This document shows, piece after piece, positions 31,211 through 46,887 of a DNA stretch of 64,000 nt. How positions within the stretch are numbered: the first letter of the stretch is position 1; the number at the start of each line of letters is the position of its first letter. This DNA is from Chrysomallon squamiferum (lineage: Eukaryota; Animalia; Mollusca). Under the pieces are notes generated by a model. It worked only from the letters and a program-made list of their open reading frames with translations. It ran no database searches and was not told the DNA's origin. Made by a program: the position numbers and the translations under genes. Location of the stretch: NCBI GenBank assembly GCA_012295275.1, contig CM022670.1, positions 7,626,001 to 7,690,000 on the forward strand, written 5' to 3'.

Positions 31211-34200
31211 AACACACACATACATACAAACACACACGTGTACATTCATATACATCTAGATATATTCAGTGTAACAGTATTACACACAAACTATGACCGA
31301 AAGCCAAACTATTCAGATTGCACGACACATATATAAATTGTTTCAAAAATTACATGATACTATACTCGTTCGTATTCGATATAACATTATTATTGTTTTG
31401 TATTTCTTAAATCATAGAACAAAGATAAACCGCTAAAACAGATCGATTACTTGGTGTTAAACCAAAAATATTCCAGTTCGGACATCTTGGGCAGATGAAC
31501 ATTTAATCTCCTACAGTCAAGCACATTACATGTAAAATAATTAAATAACACACGTTAATAGTGGATGAAAAATCTTGTGACATCTAAGGGTTACAGTTGG
31601 ATCCGACAATTGAGAATAGTTTACAAATATATAAAGTTAGCAATGAAGAGGAAATAGTGAGAAATAATAGGTTGTATTAACTGCTTGTTTTCCAAGTCTG
31701 TACCAATACAGCGCCATTATTAAAGTCAAAGATAATTGAAATAATGTGGCAACCGCTAAACATAATTTGTATTTGTAAATTATTTTTTATTTGTATATTT
31801 CTTCATTTTTCTCTTCTTATCCTATTTATGTTTTTCCTCGTCTTCTTGTTTTTATGATGATGATGATAATGATAATAGTTACTATTAACACTATTATTGT
31901 TATCGCAGTTGTTGTTGTTGTTGTTTTTAATTATTATTATCAATAACTTAAATAAATATTACTTCACTTTAATGCATACGCGTTAGCATACAAATTATCG
32001 TATTCACGCACATGCGCATACGCACATACATTCACACAAACATACACATATTTTTTTATTTTTTTAAATTCCATATAAATCACAATCAATAATCTATAAC
32101 TACTACTACTACTAATAATAATAACTTTATGATGATGACGATCATCATAATCATCATCATTATGTTCGTCATCATTTGTACAAACATCTTTAAGCCAAAC
32201 TTCAAAATCAAACATTCGGTACACAAACAAGCTGAAAGACATTTCAGTTGTAATTTATGATAAAACACGCACACTGTGCAGACGGAATGCACGTGTTGTC
32301 AACACGCATGTTTCCTGTGTGAAAAAAAAAAAAGAGAAAAAAAAAAGAAGAAGAAATAACAAAAATACCACACATCACCAGAAATACGTTATTTGTAAAC
32401 TAGAAATGCTTCTTGCGCGAAGCTTAGAGTCACTGTTACAAATATCCGAAGATAAAAGATATATTTTACCCAGATTTGACATTGTTGCAAACTTAATACA
32501 CGTGTGCGGTTTTTTTTGTTTGTTTTTTTTTGTTTCTGGGATATTTTTTTATATATTTTTTTTATATTAGTGTGAGAAAAATGGAAACCCTGCAAAACAT
32601 GCTGTTGTTATTGCAGTGGAATGTCTGAATGTAAATTAATGTGTTTCTGTATGACAAAGAGTTTTAGACTCTTTTTTATTTTATTTTTTTGTTCACAAGG
32701 AAAAGAATCATATTGTGTTAGGCACGGTGTGAATGCATGTAATAGAGAAGTAAAGAGACAAAGAGTTATCTATTCTGACATGTTATTAGCATGTTTTAAA
32801 AATGTTAGTAAAACAAAACAGTTTTCATCATCATCTTCTTCGTCAAAATCATTATAATCGTTCATTATCATGTCGATTATAATCATGATTATTATTATTG
32901 TTATTGTTGCTGTTATTATTATTGTCGTAGTTATTAATATTGTTATTGTTTATTTTCTAAATATATTTATTATTATTATTATTATTATCATTATTGTTGT
33001 TGTTATTGTTGTTGTTGTTGTTATTATTATTATTATGCATTAACCAAAGTACTTATGTAAGACAAAAAAAAATGTAACGGGATAAGTTGACGTAAAAACT
33101 GACAGATAAGTTGCTAGATATGATAAATGTATACTCACTTCTAAGTGCATTCTCAAATAAGACTTCATATACCAAGCATAATGTGATCCGTGTTTTGTGT
33201 CTGTGAGTGCGTATGTTTATATATCGTGAACGTAAGTCTTTTTTCTGTGTCTAAATAAATAAATAATTGTGCAAATATACACATGTACTTACTATAAATA
33301 CGTGTACAGTAGGTGTGTTAAGAAAATCATAATATTCTGGAGAAATCGCTTGTTTTTCTTTCCCAGCAAACGGTGCGTGTCAAGTCTGCGAGCATGTTGT
33401 TGCAGAACCTAAAGAAACACGTTGTAGTCGTCGTTATGGCAATTATATGACTCCCAGAAACGACAAATATTTAAACAGGGTACACTTCCAAAACAATGCA
33501 CATCTTGAATACAGATATATTAAAAAATCAAATCCATATGTAGAACATTGAAAAAACAATCATAAACATTCAGTTCTGACAACCGCAGCGTTGAATCACT
33601 CACAAGACTTTAAATTTTTTTTTTCTTGTTATTTTGATTTTCATATTTTCTTCATCTCTCAATATGACGTCTTAGTTCTTTATTTCTTTTTAAATCTGTT
33701 CTTTGTTTTATTTAATTTTAATTGTTTTAATTTAACTTAATTTAATTTAATTTATTTTATTTTATTTTATTTTATTTGTTCGTTTGTTTGTTTATTTATG
33801 GCAGAATAATGTATAACTGAGTTAATCAAAAGCTTCTCAAAGTTTTCATTATATTAAATTATCATCGGCTTTATTTTCAGCAACGTAGTTGTTTGTTGTT
33901 TATTGTGTGTTTATTGCTATTTCATTAATGAATTTATTTATTTATTTATTTATTATCATCATTATCATCATCATCATCATCATCATCCACATCACCATTA
34001 TCATATTTAATGGTGATTTTTTTATGGTTATTATTACTGTTGTTTATGTTATCGTTCACATTTTCATAAAAATACTACTTTATTTTATTATTATAAAACA
34101 GAATCTTCAATGCGCACCTTCCCATCAAAATAAAAACACAAAGAGTACTTCCTGGAACGTGATAATTCTAAAGAACAGAGCAAAGAGATAATTATGATTC

Positions 34201-35062
34201 AGTAATTCATCATGTGTGGAACAAGCGCTTTACGTTCTAACTGCGTCTTGCAGCCTCTTTCACTGAAATAACAGGGACTCTGTCAAGTCCCGACGTTTTA
34301 AAAATAAATTGTAACAGATCGAGGAATAGAAATGAATACAGGAAACACCAAATTAGCGGATTTATTCTGCAACTCCCTGGTGTCAGTTTATTTAAACTCT
34401 TAATATCGCTTTTTGTATTTTTTTACAATTGAAAACACTGATATTTTCAATCATTCCGCGTCACTTCTGTTCTGGTAAACAATGCACCGAGGATCAGTCT
34501 ATTTTTGCAAATGTCGCTCTCTTACGGGCGAGACTAGTTAACTAGATGCGTTTAACCTCTGACCTCTAGGCGATTTAAAGATGTATGCGGGGTGTGATGG
34601 GCTGTCAGTACCCTGTGAAATGATACGTTTAGTTCAGGGGGTTAGTGACCAACAGTCTAACGAGTTCTCTGACGTCTGCATCGTCATGCTACCTGCAATT
34701 ACTGTCAGGTGATTATGCTACCTGTAATCAGTGTCAGGTGAAAAAGTAAATGATAAATCCTCCCGTTTAGAAGCAAAATGTTTTAGTTTTACTGTTTGTT
34801 TTCTTCTTCTTCTTCTTCTTCTTCTTCTTCTTGTCTTGTTCTTTTAGCATTCTACTTTTTATGTTTTTTGTTTTCTTTTTCACTCTTTGTAAAAAGCTAA
34901 TCTTATGACTTTTTCTTCTTTACTTCTTTTTCACTTATTTTCTCTTTTTTTTCTTCTTTTTTTTTCTTCAAATATTAAAAGAAGATTTATGATGATTATG
35001 CTGAAAATGTGGAAGTTGGTTGCAATGATATTGTTGATGACGATGATATAGCGATTTTTTTT

Positions 35063-35096
<34 letters not shown>

Positions 35097-35583
35097 AAAA
35101 AAACTTTTTTATAAAAATAGAATACTATAAATATATATTTGTTACTACTACTATTCTAACAGCAACAACAACAGTCACAACAACATAATAATACTAATAA
35201 TATTACTACTAATAATAATAATAAAAAGTGTAAAATCTACTAACGATCATTCTAACAAGCAAATCGTTAAAAAAAAGGAAAAACAGGAAAACTATTAACG
35301 AAAAAAAAAAAATAATAATAATAATTTTTTTTTTTAAAAAAGAAGCAGAAATCTTTAGTACAAAATCATAAACGGTGTAAAAACAAGAACAAAACTATGT
35401 TAATAACTAATATCAGTTTAGCTTCACGCAAATAGCGATGTCAAAACGCTAGACGATTTTGGCAGTTAACAATATAAAGTTTCCTCATGCTGTTTGAAAA
35501 CTGAAATGAAGTGTCAGTTTGAGGTGGAAATACAAAGCCAGATAATTAATATCGCTAGTTGTTTTTCTTTGTGAACAGATCTT

Positions 35584-35627
<44 letters not shown>

Positions 35628-36339
35628 CTAAAAGTCACTTTTCTCGATATTTGGTCAAAACGAAATCATGACTTCATTTCGTCTAACAAGTGACCCTTGT
35701 AACGTGTTAACCTCTCCATCTCGGGACCGGACCTTACTAATGATAATCACAGCAGGAGTTTACAACTGCCGAATCAGAAAGAATCAGATACACATGAAAA
35801 AAAAAAAAATGAAAAACAAGAGAGAGAAGCTAGGAAATCGACCATCGTAAAAAAATATTTCGCGTTAAGCTATTACTGGCGCTTTCCAAACACAGCAACA
35901 AAACACCAAAATAATCGGGGCGAACGCGAAGTTAACTTGTGACACGCTATTCACAAACAGAACAAAACTTTCCCATCGCGAACTCCATTTGTTTCGATTG
36001 GAGATAAGAAAAGCAATTGCAACTTAGATCGCTTCGTAAATGGCCCATTGTGTGGCCTGATGAGAGGTGTCTCCGCGCACCACGCTATGTCGGAATCTTC
36101 CGAGTGATGTCCCGTGACTGTCTCGTATCTGTGAATCAGTCCAGGAAAAACTGAATTAGTATCTGAGAAGCAACAGTTGCTTCTTTATTAAATACCTGCG
36201 GTCGTCTGCCATTTAGTTTTTGGTTTATTAACCTTTTAAGAAAAGTAAATAACTTGTAAATAATCTTGTTATTTTTATCGGTCACGTTGTGTTTAAATCG
36301 ACATCAAATTCCTAAGCATAAAATTAATAGTTTTATTCA

Positions 36340-36401
<62 letters not shown>

Positions 36402-37701
36402 AATAATAACAGTAGCAACAATGCAGCAGAAGAAAGACTACAACTATTGTTGTTGCTGCAGCTGTTGCTTCTACGACTACAACCACAGTTTTGAATAATA
36501 ATTGTAGTTAATAACTTTGTAGTATAGAAGTAATAACATCAGCAGTAGTACTAATAGTAACAGTGGTAGTAGTCGAACAGTTATAAGTATTAGTATTAGT
36601 AGTTATAGTTGTTGTAGTAAAAGTGGTAGGTTTAGTAGAAATTCTCAAACAAGTTAAATCTGTTTACAGGAAAACAACACGTTTTACTCAGTGTAACGGG
36701 AGAGGGGTGTGAAGAAAACCGAGAGACACTGCTGAACCGTCACGTTTGATAGTCACAGGTAGATGTTGTCTGTAAACTCGCTAAACAAGCAGTTTATTGA
36801 GGATTATAGTTCCCTAAGATATTCATTATCGTTCTTGTTCACGTTCTGCTTTATTCAACACAAACAGATCATTGTAAAACCTGTGTCAACAAAACGTGCG
36901 ATGGCAATGGATAAGTTTCACAACGTGTGATACACCCACCGTCGTCTACCCACCGTCAGCCAACAGCTACAATGAAAAAAAAAAAAAAAAAAAACAAAAA
37001 AAAGAAGCAGAAGCAGACTACATACTTCAGTTCTGAATGGTGTGTCGTATAATTCAGACTGAAACTCTAGACCGCAGTTCGCTGAAAGTTTTTGTGTGTT
37101 TGACCAGTCTATTTTGTCATTTTTATTTTTTGTTATGTTTTCTTATTATTTTTTTTTCTTCAAAGGTTTACAAAGTGCCCCTCTCGAGGGTGGCATCAAA
37201 ATATCGTTTTCTTTTCAAATGATATCGTTTCTGATCCACGAACTTGTGCCCCGTACGTCCACAGAATCAGTGGCCGATGTCTATAATTAGTATATTATCA
37301 CGAACTGAGGCACATAAAGGTTCTGTGTTCGTGTCGACAGATGGTTACAACGGAAATTCAACACCTTTTTATTTTTGTATTTTTTGAGTCCCTCAAGTTC
37401 AAAACTAAAGTAAATAGCATTTTAGAAATTATTATTATTTTTTATTTTTTTATTCTTTTGAAATCACGTTTGACAAATTCATAAATCATAAGTGTAACAA
37501 GGCAAATAATTGATAGTTTCGATCAGAGGATAGACAGGAAATTACTTGTAAAATCTAGATTTTATTTTAATTTATATATTTATTTATTATTATTATTAAT
37601 TTTTTTTTAATTTATTTATTTACTATTGTTGTTAGTAAACATAATTGATGATACATTTTTAAGTTTGATTAAATTAATCTTCATTAGTATCATTATTACA
37701 C

Positions 37702-37735
<34 letters not shown>

Positions 37736-39120
37736 GTATGTGTGTGTGTGGGTGACTGTCTTTCTCTTTTAATTCTTTGAACTGAATGTTGGAAGAAAAG
37801 ATCCTCTATCACAGATTCATGACAAATTCAAAGGTCTCCGAATCGAAACGGGATCGAGACACCAGCGCCACCTCGTTGTTTGACAGAGCAAATTGACTGG
37901 TCAACGATCATCATTCCAGGCCGAGTGTCAACACGTCTGGTCCCAGTTCTGAATGCGCAGCACGGCCAGAATAAACAGTTCCAAACAGTGGATATCGACG
38001 TCGTTATTTGTCGGTCTAAGAAAATTACCCACGTTTGTTGCCCGACCCTGCGACATCTCTTTGTCAAGTGGAAACGTTGGTGATGTACAAGCCTTGACGC
38101 AAATCCCCAGGGATCAAGTCGAGGGCTTTGGTAGCGGTGAGAAGAAACTGTAAGTTGATTTCACAGAAAACAAAGACGATGAAATAACTTACATCCATTC
38201 CATTGCTTCCCAACATGGCCAAGCCAGGACAGTTTTGTCACTTCAAAAGAGTTCGAAGTTTTGTACGTTGTGTGTTAGATCGCAAACGAGAATTTGCTGT
38301 AAAATAACAACATAATGATAAAATATAGTCACCTTTTTATTTACTACATTCTTGTAGTCTTAACCACATAGTGCGTATATAATCTCTACGCTTATTAGTA
38401 TATTTCGATTATTTTATTTAGCTTTATGTTCACTTTATTCTGCTGTGTATATAAACACAAAGAAAAAGTTTACTATAATAAGATATACTCACTAATGTTA
38501 TTGCCACATTTACAAAATTTACGAACAAGGCATTAGTATTACGGTAATAACTCAGAAATGTTTGTTTTTCATAAAATCTAAAAAGAGAAATTATATGTGT
38601 GTGTGGGTGTGGGTGTGTGAGTGTACAAACATACGTAAAACATTTTTTTTTTCTTCTCTTTTTTTTTGTTTTACTGTGTATTGACAGATAACTGATTGAT
38701 GCTATGATGTTACCTGTTTACAGCTTTTCGTATCAGAGCTGTAGTCGAAGGGACGACGTTGTGATTGATGTGTAACCAGGTTGCGACCTGCACGAGGCAG
38801 GTTCATCATCCTGATCTATCTTCTGACCAGGTGAAACTAACACTATATAACTTACCTGTCTCTGACGCTTCATTGGTTATTCAGTGCCAAAGATGAAACA
38901 GCGCACCTAATCCGTTCAAAAAAATATTAACGTCTGTACGTCCATCATTCATCTGTCCATCTGCATGTTTGTCTTTCTGTCATACCATTTTACTCACCCA
39001 TCCATCAAGCATGGAATTCTTTAGTTCGTCTGATTATTTATTTATGTATTAAACTGTTCTTACATCCATTACTTCATATATAATTTTAGTTCATATATGT
39101 ATGTGTGTATGGGTGTGTGT

Positions 39121-39161
<41 letters not shown>

Positions 39162-39385
39162 ATTATTTTCGTTATTAGGTATCAAGAGAAAAACAGAGGA
39201 AAGATGCTATTCGCTTATGAAAGAATTCATGTTCAATATGTTTAATATTATTACGGTTGGAATCCATAGCCAGCTCCCTTATGGCTGCTTCTACAAAAAG
39301 CTGCAAAAGATTTGTTTCGTTACATACTTACTTAGTTATTTAATTTAATTTTGCTGTTGTTGGTTGTTGTTATTATTATTATTAT

Positions 39386-39423
<38 letters not shown>

Positions 39424-39943
39424 TCGTTGTTGCTGCAGCTGTAGCTGGAGAGAAAAGTAAGTGTAATTACAACCGCAGTCAGTATCGCTGTCTGAGGAAC
39501 TATTCATTACTCAGACAGCTCGGTTTACTAACTGTCTAGTCCTGCACAGAAATAAAATTATCATAAACATGCGTATACTGTATCTGCATCTCAAGTGATA
39601 AATCTCTGTTGTAGAAGAAACGCGCTGTTTGACACTAGGCACACTTTGAATAGGTTGTTTAGACCAACCCTTACCGGGGATAAAGATCTCAGCCTAGCCT
39701 CGGAGAGGAACACAATTCCACCTGTCCAGCGAAGTACGGTAAGTGATCACCCCCGTGGGTCCTCCGACACAGATAAAAGTGATTCCCCAGTACACGGACC
39801 GTGAAACGTCAATCGTTAAGAACAGCAAGAAAAACAAAGAGTTGTTGGACGTGGTGTGAAATTCTCGTCTGTCGTTACGATGGAATCTTTGGTATATTGT
39901 TTTTATCATGTTAACACAGATAAAACGTGGACGAGGGTGAGCG

Positions 39944-40192
<249 letters not shown>

Positions 40193-40855
40193 GTTATTTT
40201 GTTTTGTTTTGTTTTGTTTTGTTTTGTTTTAATTAATTAATTAATTTATTTATTTATTTTATTTTATTTTATTAATGTATTAATTTATTAATTTAATTTA
40301 ATTTGTTAATTTCATTTCATTTATTAATTTAATTTAATATCATTTCATTTACTTTAATCTATTTTATTTTATTTTATTTATATATTGAGTTTAGTTTATT
40401 TATTTATTTACTTTATTTATTTATTGTTGTAATAGGTAATAGTAATATTGACGGTGCTATTCATACTACTAGTAGTAATAGTAGCAGTAGTAGTAGTATT
40501 AGTAGTAGTTGTAGTAGCAGAAATAGCAGTCGTAGTAAAAGAAGTAGAAGTAGCGTTTTTTTTTTTTTTTTGTTGTTGTTGTTGTTTTTTTGCCTTCTCA
40601 ATTAGATGTAGGAAGGACCAAGTACTTGTTATCTGTACATTTCGAGACTTAAATGATGTACAATGGATCAAGGGAGAAAACTGCTATCGTCAAAAAAAAG
40701 CACACTTATCAGTATTAGTTATTGGCCCTACATCCATACCAAGTGTGTGCATGCATGCATATACAAGCACACACTCACACACAGTCACAAACACACACTA
40801 CACACACACACATATATATGTGTGTATATACATATACATACATACATACATACAT

Positions 40856-40880
40856 AATATATATATATATATATATATAT

Positions 40881-40953
<73 letters not shown>
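40856..40953. repeat. (AT)n followed by (ATAG)n
   Basis: Seen directly. Confidence 0.9.
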
Positions 40954-40954
<1 letters not shown>

Positions 40955-41339
40955 TTATGTATTCATTTAGGAATAAATAGTTTGAGTTTTAAATACGTCT
41001 GATTAGACTCTGTACATGGAAAATATTTGAGAACGCAATGGCGCAGGAGGACAAAGTCCAGTCACGACCTCAGAAACACGTCACAGGCCGCTGACGAGAC
41101 TCGTAGCCGTAGCCCAACGACTCGGCTGCTAGGACAGCTTCATTTATTTATTTATTTATTTATTTATATATTTACTTATTTATTTACTTATTTATTTATT
41201 TATTTATTTATATATTTATTTACTTATTTTTTTATTTTTTTATTTATTGAATGGTTATTATTATTTTATTGTTGCATGCATGTATTCATACTTATGCATT
41301 CATATAAAAGAGACAGTCTTACATCGATTCTTTTGGGCC

Positions 41340-42163
41340 GGATACATAGATACCTACATACATACTGGCCCATATATTATTCATTTATTTGATATTTTAG
41401 AATCAAATACGCAGTAACATAGTTCTGATTTCAAAGGTCATCACTTTGACTTCGAGATATCACTTTAGTAAATTTTAATCTATTAGACTGATAATTTTTT
41501 GTTGTACGGTGCATTTCTCGGAAATCGTAAATTATTTATAACTTATCGTTATCTCTGTCTTCGAGCTATTGTCGTACATCACACTAGACTAATATTTGTT
41601 TTTCTGATATTAATCTTATCTCACTTCAGTTTTGTTATGAGTGATAATGCGAGCTGTTTATTTAAATCTGTTTAAACTGTATGTCAGTAAAAAAAAGTTT
41701 ACGTTACAAAACTTTGAATAGACAATAAACGTTTTTCTATCGAAATCAGTTCAGTAAACCTCAACTAGTCAACTGTGACAAAGGTGTATTTTATATAACT
41801 GAATTGCTCAAGTTTGTTTTGATGGCCTTATGGCCTTCGAAGTGCGAGCGAATGGGTGCATTCTTTCGCCTCTTTATCAGCGGCCTATGACGGTGTTTGT
41901 GAGGTTGTGATTGGACTTTGTCCTCCTATGTCAGTGCGTTCCAGAATATTGTCTACGTGCAGAGTTTAATCAGACGTAGGTAGGGCAGAGAATATTCAAA
42001 TCTTAAAATACATATACGTACATACACTGAGACAGATACAGTCATATGCCTGATTATACAAACAGCGATAAGTTTATAAATAGAAAGGCAGAGATGCATA
42101 AATTTAAAATTGTGTTTTGTGTTACATTCTGGAATTACACACCCATCTCCACAGTCGCATTTC

Positions 42164-42242
<79 letters not shown>

Positions 42243-44408
42243 GTTATTATTTCACAACGATCTAAAACAAGGAAACATGTATATCGCTATTAGTTGTATG
42301 TACGAATCTGAAAAAGAAGACGAAGAAAACCACATATTTCAGTATTTAAAAGCAATCAACAACTTTAGATACTGTACTCTAAAAATGTTTTATTCTGTTT
42401 CGGTGAAAACGTTTACATGATGTAAAGAACACAGTATTACTTGTCATTAAAATATTTTAACTTTTCTTATTCATAATACTGCACAGTAAATTGCACAGTA
42501 ATAGTAAAGCCAATACGTGTCCTGGCTTTAAACACACTGGTAGAAAATAATGTTATACATTACGACAAAACCTCATTTTCTCTGACAGTTTTATATTTAT
42601 ATTTTCTAACATAAAGAAACCAATTCAAAATAAAAACATCCACCATCTCAAAAAAAAAAAAAAAAGTGTTAATGGTTTCCAGCTAATATTGATAAATATG
42701 TTGATTGAGAAATACAAATTTAAAGAATCAAAACATCCTAGTTTTATCAAATAGTTATAGCTAATTATAAAATGAATGAAAAGTAAAAAATTTAAAGTTT
42801 TGTTAATAACACACCAAAAGTGAAATTAACTTGCAAAGTAAATTAACATTTTAAGCTTTCTGTTCTGATATTTGTTTGGCATATTTTAACAAGCTCGGGT
42901 CAGTTTTATCATTAAACGACATGTTTCTCAGTTTCATGAGTTATTTCAACTTAAAATGTTGATGATGATAATAAAAATAACAATAATTTATTTTTAAATT
43001 TTTCCTATTTCAAAAAATACATAATAATAATGTATGTAGATATCTGAAAAAAAAAGCTGGATTAGACAGACAAATGGAAAAAGGAAACATTAGCTAATTC
43101 TTTCCAAAAACAGTGTCAAATAGAAAACTGTCTCTGTAATTACTGGAATCATCCTGCAGCGTTCGAAGAAGACGTTACCAATGATCTGAATATTGGTAGT
43201 GCCTGTTAAAAAAAAAGAGAGGATCTTCTGATAGCTTTAACTAATCTATTTACTGTAGTATCAGTTTTGTTAAATTACGAAAACATTGCAGCAGCTTAGT
43301 TACACGTTTATCAGTACTGGTAAACAAAAGATTTCCATTAATGACAATAGGTAGGAAAAATTAACTGCATGACAGTAACAATACACTCTGACCATTCCGA
43401 CATTCTATCTACGCATCTTGTGTAACTGTTGTAATCAAAAGAAATAATTTCTAAACTTTAAGATGGTATTATCGATATGTTTGTATTTTGTCCTATTTTC
43501 TTTTTTAGTGAATCAAGCAAAATCGTTCTCGTTCAAGTATGAGTATTTCTAAATGGGAACACTGAAAGGTAAAAAAAAGTAACAAAATAAATTGTACAAG
43601 AGAAAAACATTGAGAAAATTTTACGGGATAGTTTGTGTCCTGCAGCCTCATATGAACTTGACCTGACTCAGAGAACAGAGAGTGTATAATGAGACAAAAT
43701 ATTACATTAAGTCAAAAACATCGACCTCACAGATATATCTTGTTACAAGCATAAACAACATTTCAGTAAAAAACGTTATTTTGATTGTGAAATCTATCAT
43801 TTAAGATAAATTACCTGTCTACACATTTTTTTATCGTATCTGCACCATGTGGCAAAGTGTTCGCAGTTGTTTGTAGCAAAATTGTATTTACCAAACGTTT
43901 TACATCCAAGTTTTGATCTTGCTCTCTCCACGATTTCTTCTTTGCTGAATGGACTGCACATATAGGTAAGAAATGTAATTGTCAGTTTTGACTGTTTCAG
44001 AAATTGTTACGTCTTTAAACTATTTATAAACATCGTTATTGCAAAAATATTTTAAACGATAAATTTCCGAATGATTATTCTTTTTAGTTCTAATTACTGT
44101 TACCGTTACTCATTAGTGTTTTTTTTTTTTTTTTTTTTTTTTTTTTTGAAATCTGTTTAAATATTTAATATGAAATAAAATAATAGTTGACAATTACCTG
44201 ACGATAGACTCAATCTCATACGAGGAATTACCTCTAACGATTTCAAAATCCTCTTCATTAATAAAGCTGTCATCTGTAAAGTGAACAATTTTTCCATCTC
44301 CTACGGAAAAGAAAACAAATGTAAAATTAGAAAGTATCACAAACCGAATTCAAAGTTCAAGATAAGTCGGAAATACACAATATAATGCATATGTGAAGGT
44401 TATAAAAA

Positions 44409-44442
<34 letters not shown>

Positions 44443-44696
44443 GGTGTGTTAAAGAGAGAGTTATGCGTATATATCTGAATAAAATAAGAAATTGGTGTAA
44501 TATAAACTTACCAACATAAACGGCAAAATGATAAATCACCTTGTGTTTGAACATTATTATATCTCCTGGTTTTGCCTCTGCAGATATTTTCAGATGTCTC
44601 TAAATTGTAATAAGTAGATGAATAAAATAGTTCTCGTTAGACATGAAGTGAATTTTGTTTTTATTACTATTTCTTTTAAACTTTATTTTCTTCTAT

Positions 44697-44731
<35 letters not shown>

Positions 44732-46130
44732 TTAAAAGATAACGAAATAAGATGTATTATATTAAAGAAAAAACATGTATGTATTTTCTTGGTAAACGCA
44801 CTTTACAAGTCATAAAGATTTGGCCCTGAATAAAAATACATTTGTCGTTGATTTTGTATTACAGTCAACAAAAAATTACCTACTTGTATACGTCATTATA
44901 TTACTCTGGTATCCACGTTAGGTTATTTCTTGGTATACAAATACAATGTTAACAGAACCATCCACACACAATTATATATATATATATATGCAAATATGTG
45001 TGTGGGTGTGTCTGTGTGTATTTCTGTTTGTATGTGAGTGTTTATGTATGTCTTTATGTATGTATGTATATATGTATTTCTGTCTATAACTATCTTTAAT
45101 TTTATTATTATTGTTATTATTGGTGATATTATCGTATTTTCTTGTTGCTGTTGTTGTTGTTGTTGTTCTTATTATTATTATTACTATTATTAATTTCATT
45201 ATTATTATAATATTAATGAGTATTGCATTTGAAAGTTTTCTAACATTTATTTATTCAAATATGTTTTTAGTATTTTGTCATGCGTGTGTATGTGTGTTTG
45301 TCATACACATATATTACTCGATTTGTTAAATAATGTATTTAAAATATCTTTACTTTTCTGTAATGACAAGAAATGCTTTATGTAAATTATCCTCTTTTTC
45401 TGTAATATAATTTTTTTAGCACACATTTAAATTATTTATATACGTTTTAAAATAATTTATATTTTTATTTAAAGTATTTTACAGTCTAATTAGCGTGTCT
45501 AGACCAGCCGACCACATAATTCAAATCAGTATTTTATCATTTTTATCATGTGTAGTGTAATTTGACATTCTAATAAATAAAGAAACAAATATAACCAGCC
45601 ACTCTGATATAGAATAATTAATTGTATTAGTTAGAAGAAAACATACAGTGGGTTTTACTTTCGTAGAAACAATAACTAAAAAAACATCACAGCAGTTATT
45701 TTTTAACATCATTTTTAAACGAACGAAGTTTAATTTCTATTGTTTCAAAAACTATTTTTACTGAATATTCATTTATTGTAGTTTTTGTTGTTTTTGTTGC
45801 TGTTGTATTTTTGCAAGTGTTATTAAACCAGGAGCATTTCCTGTTAAGGAATAAATATGCACGAATACGTAATTTATCTGACGTTTCAGCAGATTCTGTA
45901 GAGTCAGTATACTCAGTAAATTGGGTTCAGGTGGCCACGAAGCATTTCAATTACTATACTTTATTTTTAAAAGTGATTCCCTTTAAGTAATTTAAATTTA
46001 AAAAGCGATCCGGTATAATGTGAAAATACTAACAATTACAAAACAATGATTATCTCACATAGATATATAAATATACAGATGCAGATATAGATAGATGGAC
46101 AGATAGATATTCATACAGATAGATTTTTTA
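41340..46130. repeat. Older, diverged duplicate unit carrying LRAT copy 1
   Basis: Non-coding homology: 41350-41460 with 51680-51840; 42480-43140 with 54380-55335; 44780-46130 with 57100-58330. Confidence 0.8.
43149..44599 (-). CDS. LRAT-domain (PLAAT/HRASLS-like) gene, copy 1. Exons 44599-44512, 44300-44198, 43953-43815, 43202-43149; catalytic His/His/Cys intact; start codon unresolved
   Basis: Spliced translation RHLKISAEAKPGDIIMFKHKVIYHFAVYV|GDGKIVHFTDDSFINEEDFEIVRGNSSYEIESIV|SPFSKEEIVERARSKLGCKTFGKYNFATNNCEHFATWCRYDKKMCRQ|ALPIFRSLVTSSSNAAG*. It carries the family motifs PGD, H-x-A-V-Y-V-G-D-G-x-x-V-H and NCEHF. All introns are GT-AG with phases 1, 2, 0. Confidence 0.88.
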
Positions 46131-46887
46131 TTATTTTATTTTTTTATTAATAACATTATATATTTGTACATTTTGACATTAAAACACGAAATTCCAAGGA
46201 CAAAATTCAAGTAAGTTTTATTAATTTTTCAAATAAATACTGTAAAGAATCTCTTACTAATGGAAACAGTATTAATATAATCTAAATTTAACTAAATATC
46301 TGAATCATCCTGTGCAGAAAACATTTTGAGGTCTTCAGACAGTAGTATTTATATCTTCAGTTTGTTAATTAGTCATTTAATTTATAATAGAAAATATAAT
46401 ACTTGAAAATAGCTGAAATGCATTCTTATATCAAACAACGTAATCAGAAGGATGTAAAAGGAAGAGATTTGTGATAGATTCTGACTGTAACAAAAATATA
46501 AAAGTGGATATAGAACTAATGTTTATTTTTCGTTATTTATTTCCCTATTTTCTTTTTGGTGAATCAAACAAAATAACTATCATTGAGTCATGACAACTTC
46601 TAAACTGAAATACCGAGAAGAAAGAAAGAAAAAACCGGTTATATTGGTAAAAAGTGATTAACAAGAAAAGTAAGTATCTCGGGTGTTTTTACGGGGTAGT
46701 TCGTACACCCCCATACACACTCATATGCACTGGGCCTGACTCAGAGAAGAGAGCCTGTATAATGAGATAAAATATTAGATTAAGTCAAAAACATTGACCT
46801 CACAGATATATCTTGTTACAAGCATAAACAACCTTTCAGTAAAAATGTTTAGTTTGATTGTGAAATCTATCATTTAAAACAAATTAC

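Noticed and set aside
34698-34715. TACTGTCAGGT, similar to miR-8
   Set aside because: The seed differs and there is no pre-miRNA-length hairpin; it is part of a short tandem duplication.
36050-36090. CTGATGA-GAG-GTGT-CTC resembling a hammerhead ribozyme core
   Set aside because: The required GAAA after stem II and stems I/III are missing.
37828-38153. GC-richer block with overlapping 66-79 aa ORFs and a donor-like gtaagt
   Set aside because: No recognisable domain or convincing acceptor; cannot be supported as an exon.
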